DNA of 32,569 nt. It comes from Paraspadella gotoi (taxonomy: Eukaryota > Animalia > Chaetognatha). This document shows positions 9,331 through 16,227 of this stretch, piece after piece; the stretch's first letter is position 1; every line of letters begins with the position of its first letter. The DNA lies in contig JBJCIZ010001663.1 in assembly GCA_051294375.1 (NCBI GenBank), positions 1 through 32,569 of the forward strand, written 5' to 3'. Position numbers and translations under genes: made by a program. A model generated the notes under the pieces. It was not told the DNA's origin. It was given only the letters and a program-made list of their open reading frames with translations, and did not search any database.

Positions 9331-9886
9331 ACTAATATTGAAAATCATTCAACTGTCTCTTAGTGACACATTTACATTGCTTCATGTTCATCATCGTTCA
9401 GCCAATCCCATTGTTTTATGCATTGTTATTTCAACCGATGGGTAGATCCATCATTTCTATCTCTCTACGGGTAAAGTCGAAGAATGAAGGTTTAAACAAG
9501 AGCCGTATAACTAGAATACGACGACTACTAACAAAGTGAAGAGAGATCATTTGCGATGAAAAATTGAATCAGAAAAAATAAATTGAGGAGATAGGGCATC
9601 GTTAATGTTAATAAAAACTGTTATCAAACAAACAAACTTTGTTTTCTCTAAATATATATACACGAGGGAAAAGTGTGAAAAATTAAAATCTCTCTCTTTG
9701 CCGCCTTCTGTCGTTACTCGATTCTGATGTCTATTCATTGAAATAATTTTTTTCTGTTTAATGTTCCTCCTCAGGCACGAGTCGTTAGATTAAGTAGAAA
9801 ATAATTTAGGACACAGTCAAACCGCTTCAATTAAGCTTCCACGTTCGAGTCAAACTTCTTTACGGACGACCACTCGCGGTCTCGGA

Positions 9887-10592
9887 ATGTCTTCGGACGA
9901 ATCAACCAGACGAGCAAGAGCGACCGCTGCCAGGACGTGCGGAAAGCCGATAGCGAGGGTATCTCCGTTCCATCCTGGGGAACCGTTGCCTCCAGGCGTG
10001 GAGTTGCCGCCAGTCGTCGCGCAACCGCGTCCAACTCGAATAGTCAGACCAACCGTCGTGCAGCCGCGCCAGGCCCAATTGGCTTCGCAAGCCACCGCGC
10101 CATCAAGCCGAGTTCGAGCGGTATCTCCAATTGCTGCGCCGCAGCAGCAATACCAAGGCTACCTGCCAACTCCTGAACCTCGATACAGTAGAAGTCCTTC
10201 CGAGCGCAGACGATTAGGCTACCCTCCTCTCATGGACGATTCGGACCCCGATATCGTAAGAATTTATTATATGGAATAATGCTGACAAACAATATTTTTT
10301 ATTATCCGAAAAGATGCCGCTAAACAATATTTATTATAGAAAAGATGCTGCCAAACAACATTTATTATAGGAAAGATGCTGATAAACAATTATTTCCTAG
10401 GAAATCATTTTCGACTCGAATCAACGCGCCAGAACGGAACGCAGATACGAAATCGTCAGAAGCGTGGAGGCTACGATCAGCGACTTACGCGAATCGTTGA
10501 CGCGCGGACGTCAGGAAGAAGCTGGGAGGGCCAGAGAGAATCCTAGGCCACGAGTGCCAGTCAAGGAGAGACTTGGACGGCGTCCCTATTAA
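9887..10592 (+). CDS. Accessory A2, two exons join(9887..10255,10401..10592), 186 aa, Pro/Arg-rich
   Basis: Phase-0 intron GTAAGA...TTTCCTAG; exon 2 (EIIFDS...DLRESL...PVKERLGRRPY) is homologous to exon 2 of copy 2. Confidence 0.8.
10262..10390. repeat. ~31-bp degenerate tandem repeat (4 units) forming most of the A2 intron
   Basis: Unit approximately ATTTATTATAGGAAAGATGCTGACAAACAAT; two related units at ~28652-28710 in copy 2. Confidence 0.8.
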
Positions 10593-10762
10593 AACAAGTC
10601 CAATTTAGACTATTGGAGCCAGAAACATTTATAATCAGCAGACGTGATCGTTGAATTAACATGATTCATTTTTAAAATCAGCAAACGTTACCGTTGTTTT
10701 AAAACGATTTCAGATATTAATTAAGACTCATTATCTTGAACACTCAAACATTCCGGTAGAGG

Positions 10763-11031
10763 ATGGAGAAGAAATTTAAGTCGAACTCGCAACCGACGTC
10801 GACGGCATCGTTAGCTCCGAACTCATCGGAAGTGACGATAAACGTGAGTGAAACCTGAGGAAATAAATAAAAGTAATAAGTAAACTAAATAATCGCTTAC
10901 CTGTTCAGTGGACCCCGGTGGAGACGCCACTGCCTCGACGACGCCTAGCAACGCCTCTCGCAGGAACGAAAATCGGACGCATCATCCCGCCTCACGTCAT
11001 GTCATCAGACATTTATTGCAAAACACCATAA
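10763..11031 (+). CDS. Accessory A3, two exons join(10763..10843,10909..11031), 67 aa
   Basis: Phase-0 intron GTGAGT...CTTACCTGTTCAG; 27-codon exon 1 and C-terminal MSxDxYCKT conserved in copy 2. Confidence 0.75.
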
Positions 11032-11286
11032 GATGCTCATTTATCATTATTTCGTGCAAAGCTCACGAATGAATGAGAGAGAAAAAACTCAGTGTTCTAA
11101 ACAGTGTTTAATCCGCTCTTTTTCATTACCATTTGAATAACTTCCAGTATATTTACTGAATTTACCCAAAAATCTTGGTGTCACGAGAACACGGACTTCT
11201 GCATACTTGAAACTTACCTGACGAGAAAAGAAGCCAAGCCCAAGAGACGTCGATCCAGCGTAAACCCGGAAAGTCTTGGCGAAACC

Positions 11287-11526
11287 ATGTCATCGAGACG
11301 AGTGCTCTTCAATAGGATGATCGACCTCATCCCGATGGAACATTTAGCAGAGTTTCACGAGAGATATAATCATTGGTACGACGAGACAACTCTCAAGATG
11401 GACCAAATCGAATCCTTGAACCTATCCGAGATAAGCAAAGAACTTATAATGCAATTGGCAATGAAAAAAAGGAAAGAAATGCTGAGGAAAATTATTATCG
11501 ACCTGCGGAATAAAGCCGAGAAATGA
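11287..11526 (+). CDS. Accessory A4 (79 aa, helical; paralog of A5)
   Basis: Homolog at 29752-29991 is almost identical over the first ~33 aa despite many synonymous changes. Confidence 0.88.
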   Translation: MSSRRVLFNRMIDLIPMEHLAEFHERYNHWYDETTLKMDQIESLNLSEISKELIMQLAMKKRKEMLRKIIIDLRNKAEK

Positions 11527-11595
11527 TTAGTATATCATCAATTTAAAATCATTCTGTTGATTTATTTACTCTCAGTTCATTATTAAGCAAGCAAA

Positions 11596-11895
11596 ATGCA
11601 AAGGGAACATGTGGAAATAGTAGGAGAGCTCCATATGCGGATCCTACTTGAACTTGTTCCAGTTCAACACAAGGGAGAATTCATAGTCGAGTTCGGTCTT
11701 TGGAAAGAAAGAACAGAAAAGAAACTAAACGATACGGTGGATGAACTGATGACGCAGTATGTTGCGATGGATCGCGTTCCTACAGCATCATTGGAAATAT
11801 TCAATCGCATTGAGCGGGATGCCCTCGAAGACATTCACGCCATCATCAGGGATTTCAACTACCGTGCTCAATCCCGAAGAGAGGAACAACGATGA
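11596..11895 (+). CDS. Accessory A5 (99 aa, helical; paralog of A4)
   Basis: Homolog at 30086-30376; upstream acceptor CTCTCAG ending at 11575. Confidence 0.88.
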   Translation: MQREHVEIVGELHMRILLELVPVQHKGEFIVEFGLWKERTEKKLNDTVDELMTQYVAMDRVPTASLEIFNRIERDALEDIHAIIRDFNYRAQSRREEQR

Positions 11896-11996
11896 ACATC
11901 TCGTGAAATGACCAATCTAATAAACTTTGCGCCATAAAATTAATGAACTTGTAATGATAAATTAAAATTAACGATTATGCTTGTCTATTCAGGAAA

Positions 11997-12197
11997 ATGA
12001 ATTCATTCAATAGTTATACGTTCGGAAGATTCGGCATCTGTTACGATGAAATCCACAAAGCCCCGCGCTCTGATCCGGAAAGGCCAAGCGCGAAACGGTC
12101 TCTTTCCCTCCTGAAAAGTAAAAAGATGATCGTAAAAACATTTGTACCCAGTCAAGAAATCGAAAAGTCGATTACAAAATTCACAAACTCTAATTGA
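11997..12197 (+). CDS. Accessory A6 (66 aa, basic)
   Basis: Homolog at 30501-30707 (FGxFGICYxExH, SDPE, SAKRSL conserved); acceptor TATTCAG ending at 11992. Confidence 0.8.
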   Translation: MNSFNSYTFGRFGICYDEIHKAPRSDPERPSAKRSLSLLKSKKMIVKTFVPSQEIEKSITKFTNSN

Positions 12198-12279
12198 CTC
12201 TTGTTTATTTTCACCAGAGTTTTTTATTGCAGTTCCAACCCCATTGCGAAACAAATTCATTTTCGAATTTACCTACGAA

Positions 12280-12627
12280 ATGTCCAACAAAATTGTTTGG
12301 TTGTGGGACGACTGGAGAAGCTTGAAGCTCCAAAAAGAAAGCGAGAATAGAAACCAAAAAATCTTGGACGTAATTCTCCGAGAAGCAGAATCTAATCTAT
12401 CCTACAAACCCGATTGGATAAAGGAGATACTTTTTGGCGAAAACAAAGGCCCTGAATACGAAGCTGAGAAAGCAATTCGCCTGGCAAGAGATTGGATGAA
12501 GACAGCGGAGATCCTGAAGAAAGAAAAACCTAAGAGATCCAAAACCTTCGAAGCCATCATCAAAATGATGCAAGAACGCATCGAGAAACAAGAGGCTGTT
12601 TTAGAAAAACATTTTATGGATGAATAG
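12280..12627 (+). CDS. Accessory A7 (115 aa), family Y
   Basis: ATG at 12280 (MSNK) aligns with homolog at 30769-31107; DW-x21-RE motif. Confidence 0.87.
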   Translation: MSNKIVWLWDDWRSLKLQKESENRNQKILDVILREAESNLSYKPDWIKEILFGENKGPEYEAEKAIRLARDWMKTAEILKKEKPKRSKTFEAIIKMMQERIEKQEAVLEKHFMDE

Positions 12628-12708
12628 AATTTACATGAGTAATGCAAAATTCATATCAAAGTATTAATCAAATTATTCAATTTTGTCGTTACAGCATTAA
12701 CAGATACA

Positions 12709-13092
12709 ATGCAGAACAGGCCTTCACCTACCTCGATCTACTCCAAAGAACATTTGGAGCTTTGCGCCTTCAAACGCAGGAAGACGGATGAACTGGAAAA
12801 GCGTCTCCCGGGCTGCGTCGAAAAGTGCATCGAATGGACGCAGAACTATATAGCAGAGATTGAAGAACTGCGCAAAGCAATCGCCAAAAGAAAAGCGAAA
12901 AATCCGACAGCGAATGTTGAAAATCTCATCGAAAGAGTTAAGAAAATCGAGGAGAAGTTTCCGACTCTGGAGCGGTGGAAAGAAGTCTATTTGAACAGAG
13001 GCTGTATTTTCAGCCATGAAAGCTTGGATTCAATAAAGGATAAGATTCCTCCAAAGGAGAGAATAGAAATTGTGGGATTTTCGATCATGTGA
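12709..13092 (+). CDS. Accessory A8 (127 aa), family X
   Basis: Same-length homolog at 31205-31588; LPGCVEKCIE and W-x7-GCIF motifs. Confidence 0.88.
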   Translation: MQNRPSPTSIYSKEHLELCAFKRRKTDELEKRLPGCVEKCIEWTQNYIAEIEELRKAIAKRKAKNPTANVENLIERVKKIEEKFPTLERWKEVYLNRGCIFSHESLDSIKDKIPPKERIEIVGFSIM

Positions 13093-13202
13093 AAAACTAC
13101 AAGGAATTTAAGTGATTTATTAATCTGTTGCTACAAGATATGTTCGTTTATTTAAAAAAAAAAAAACTTTTTTTCCTTTAGCCAGCGACTATTCACTCAA
13201 GA

Positions 13203-13547
13203 ATGTCCGATCCAGTGGGTGGTGCCCGATTCCTCCAAGAATGGAAACGTCTATTTGACAATGAGGGGGAAATGAAAGATAAACATTTTGGAAGGGATCT
13301 CAACGTGAGAGAACAAGAGGCGAAAATCAAGCGATATCCAGAGTGGCATAAAAACAAACCCGAAGATTACAAACTAGAGTTAAAAAAGGTCGCCGAAGAG
13401 GACGTCCGCAACGCAATAGGATGGAGAAAGACGGCAGTAATGCTCAAGCTCTACCGAAAGGAAAAAGCCGAAACTTACAGTGAAATCTACAAAATGATTG
13501 ATGAGCACATTCAGGAAAAACAGGAAGAAATCCTGATCCTGTCATAA
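13203..13547 (+). CDS. Accessory A9 (114 aa), family Y
   Basis: Homolog at 31690-32034; EW-x21-RE motif. Confidence 0.87.
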   Translation: MSDPVGGARFLQEWKRLFDNEGEMKDKHFGRDLNVREQEAKIKRYPEWHKNKPEDYKLELKKVAEEDVRNAIGWRKTAVMLKLYRKEKAETYSEIYKMIDEHIQEKQEEILILS

Positions 13548-13613
13548 CGCGATCTCAATATGAACTTACCTTATTTATTTACTATGTTTATTCTTAGGAA
13601 TTTTCAGGACAAA

Positions 13614-13934
13614 ATGCAAGGCTGCTGCGGATATTTGGCTGATTGTTATAGAGACTTCCGAATGTTCATCATAAGACGAACGGAAGAGTTAAACAGTGAA
13701 GCTCCCGATTGCGTCGAAAAGTGTTTCGACCTCATAAAGAGTTATTCGTCGGAATTGGAACAACTACAGGGAGTCATCAAAGATCCGGGAAATGATGACA
13801 AAATCCATCAAGAACGAATCAAGTATCTGGAGGAAGAAATTTCCTTCGTCGAGAGGTGGAAAAAGATTCGACTCACCCAGGGCCGGATTTTTAATAAAGA
13901 AAGCATCGGAATGTTGCCAGAGGAACTTCCGTAA
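13614..13934 (+). CDS. Accessory A10 (106 aa), family X
   Basis: ATG at 13614 follows acceptor TTTTCAG (13607) and aligns with homolog at 32121-32441. Confidence 0.87.
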   Translation: MQGCCGYLADCYRDFRMFIIRRTEELNSEAPDCVEKCFDLIKSYSSELEQLQGVIKDPGNDDKIHQERIKYLEEEISFVERWKKIRLTQGRIFNKESIGMLPEELP

Positions 13935-14025
13935 AATGATAATTTACATGCAGGATTATTCCATCTGTTCCGTTAGTATTCGTTTGGTTTAAAATGTATT
14001 TACCCAGTTCAGTTACTCATCGACA

Positions 14026-14379
14026 ATGTCCCGGATGAAGTCTATCGCTGAGATCCAAGACGAAATTACTCGAGACTGGGAGAAAGCAAGGAACATCGAT
14101 GACTACTCTCAGAGAAACGCCGCGGTCGAAAGCATCGTTTTTCGGGAGCATGAAATTCGGATTCAAAAGAAAAAGGAGGAAAGAGAAGAAAGAATGAAAC
14201 ACAGCAAGGCCATTGAGGCGTCCGAGATCTACAAAGACATCCAAGAGCTGGAGGATCGCCGAAAATTAGCAATGGACGCAAAACGTAAAAGGCCAAGTCT
14301 CGGTGATATTTACGATGAAATTGAAGGCCGAGCAAAGAAGTTACAGGATGAAGCAAAGGAGCGTTTGATGAAAATTTAA
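14026..14379 (+). CDS. Accessory A11 (117 aa), family Y
   Basis: DW-x21-RE motif; N-terminus KSIAEI recurs at 32538 in copy 2. Confidence 0.82.
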   Translation: MSRMKSIAEIQDEITRDWEKARNIDDYSQRNAAVESIVFREHEIRIQKKKEEREERMKHSKAIEASEIYKDIQELEDRRKLAMDAKRKRPSLGDIYDEIEGRAKKLQDEAKERLMKI

Positions 14380-14436
14380 AATTTAGTTTTATTGATTCTT
14401 GTCTAATGGTACGAATTTACTTACTTTAGTTACAGA

Positions 14437-14739
14437 ATGTTAACCGATTTTGAGTATAACAGGCGGGAAATGCGACTCTTTGCCGGTTACCTGATCCCAA
14501 GATCTCTGGAAGGAGCTTTGGAGGAGCTGAGAAGTTTTGAAAAAGAACTTTTTCAAGAGGAACAGGAAATTGAAAAAGGAATGAAGGGAGAAAAGACAAA
14601 GCGAAGCATTGAAAGCCACGAAGGCAGATCAGAATACTTACAAGATCGCATCAAGATGCTTAAAAAATGGCCAGATGTGTTAGAGCAAGAGGGAAAAATA
14701 TTCACCTCAAGATACTACAGGATTCCAGAATATTGTTAA
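14437..14739 (+). CDS. Accessory A12 (100 aa), family X
   Basis: IPRSLEGALE and W-x7-GKIF motifs; acceptor TTACAG ending at 14435. Confidence 0.8.
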   Translation: MLTDFEYNRREMRLFAGYLIPRSLEGALEELRSFEKELFQEEQEIEKGMKGEKTKRSIESHEGRSEYLQDRIKMLKKWPDVLEQEGKIFTSRYYRIPEYC

Positions 14740-14785
14740 TTATTTACTTACTCTTTCATTTTCAGTCTCTCACCAACATTTCGAG

Positions 14786-15049
14786 ATGTCCGAAGTAAGA
14801 AGGAACTTTAAAAAGTATGCCAGGGAAAACGCAATATTTTGGTTACCTTCTAATCTCGAGGATGCACTGGACGAGATCCGGAAGAGAGAAAACAACCTGG
14901 TTCAAAGAATTCAAGAATACGGAATCCATGGCGCAGATGAACGTGAATTCAAGACGATCGCACAACTCACCAGATGGGCAGGGATCTTGGAGGAGCAAAG
15001 AGAGATCTTTTCTTTGGAAACCAAGTCGATAATGAATTTGTGTCTTTGA
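14786..15049 (+). CDS. Accessory A13 (87 aa), family X
   Basis: LPSNLEDALD and W-x7-REIF motifs; acceptor TTTTCAG ending at 14765. Confidence 0.78.
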   Translation: MSEVRRNFKKYARENAIFWLPSNLEDALDEIRKRENNLVQRIQEYGIHGADEREFKTIAQLTRWAGILEEQREIFSLETKSIMNLCL

Positions 15050-15114
15050 TTCATACATTACCGTTTGAGTTTGTGAACTTAATTTATTCAAATAATGAAC
15101 TTACCTTTAGCAAA

Positions 15115-15450
15115 ATGAACATCGAAGACTTTAATAGAGTCCGTGATCAGCTGAACAAAGACTGGACTGATTTAGATCAAATTCCGTGGAGTCAAGAGAA
15201 GACAAAATCCATCATTGATCTGATGATCAGAGAGGATGCTCTATGGAATCGTCGAGAGGAAGAGATTAGAAAACAAGTCCCGCGAACGGTTGCTGAACTC
15301 AAAAGGGAGATGAACGAATCGGAAAACGTTGTATGGACGATAGGGGAGGCGCTAAAGGTTAAGCCTGAGAATGCAGCGGTCTACCTTCAATTCCTCAAAG
15401 CGGAAAAAGAAAAGATAAGAAAACTCAAAAATGAAAACGCTCTTCTATAA
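15115..15450 (+). CDS. Accessory A14 (111 aa), family Y
   Basis: ATG at 15115 follows acceptor CTTTAG (15110); DW-x21-RE motif. Confidence 0.8.
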   Translation: MNIEDFNRVRDQLNKDWTDLDQIPWSQEKTKSIIDLMIREDALWNRREEEIRKQVPRTVAELKREMNESENVVWTIGEALKVKPENAAVYLQFLKAEKEKIRKLKNENALL

Positions 15451-15556
15451 ATTCATAATTGGCCGATGCTATTATTTTGTTCATGTGGAGATAAATTATT
15501 GCTCAATGATTCTTTGTTATTAATAATTCTTGTTTATTCCATCAAGTTGTTAAAAC

Positions 15557-15907
15557 ATGTCAAGGGAACAGGACTCTGACCACTGGATTCGCGGTCATTG
15601 CCAATTGACTTATATCATGAAGAATCGAATGAAACAGGGAATTCGTCAAAGAATGCCAAGTTCCGCGGAAGAATCGTTTGAGCAATTCGAAAGTAATTGC
15701 TCAGAAATGGCAAGAAATGAAATTATCATGGAGACTAAATTCAACGAAAATCCTGAAGCAGACGTGGAGTCCGAAAAGAAGAGAATCCAAATTCTCGACA
15801 AGGAAAATACAAACCTTATCCTTTGGGCAAAGTTTAAGCTTCAGAGAGGAGATTTGTTTGCGGAAAAAACTTTATCTGAAATATCCGCTAAATTTCGTGA
15901 AAATTAA
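15557..15907 (+). CDS. Accessory A15 (116 aa), family X
   Basis: MPSSAEESFE and W-x7-GDLF motifs; NPxAxVE shared with A8. Confidence 0.8.
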   Translation: MSREQDSDHWIRGHCQLTYIMKNRMKQGIRQRMPSSAEESFEQFESNCSEMARNEIIMETKFNENPEADVESEKKRIQILDKENTNLILWAKFKLQRGDLFAEKTLSEISAKFREN

Positions 15908-16227
15908 TAATTGTGCATTATTGGATCATGATATTATCGTCATTGAATGTATCATTTTAATTGTTGGCTGAATAATCGATTACCTATCTATAAAAACTTA
16001 TCTTTAACAGGACATCTTTTTGATAATAAGTGCAATCGCACTAAAATTTCAATTCATTCTCATCCATAAACTCGAATAAACTTTCAATATTGAAAACACG
16101 CGCAACGGGAACGAATCCGCTTCAAATTCAGGAAGCATCAAATCCAAGGTGATTAATACTTAAAAATTACTACATAAAAATACAACAATTGTTCAAATAC
16201 TCACAAGTTAAACTTACCTATGTTCAG

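Noticed and set aside
12142-15114. Longer ORF-track starts (12142, 13560, 14974; also 8671, 16189, 29683, 30429, 30739, 31630, 32046)
   Set aside because: Extensions run through AT-rich spacers, often use non-ATG starts and are not conserved between copies; downstream ATGs align
11287-15907. Prokaryotic or phage operon inserted in the element
   Set aside because: No consistent Shine-Dalgarno sites; eukaryotic AAA-ATG contexts, splice acceptors and neighbouring GT-AG introns instead
11287-15907. Small ORFs as exons of one large spliced gene
   Set aside because: Each ORF has its own ATG and stop, conserved between copies where comparable, and no consistent donors at ORF ends
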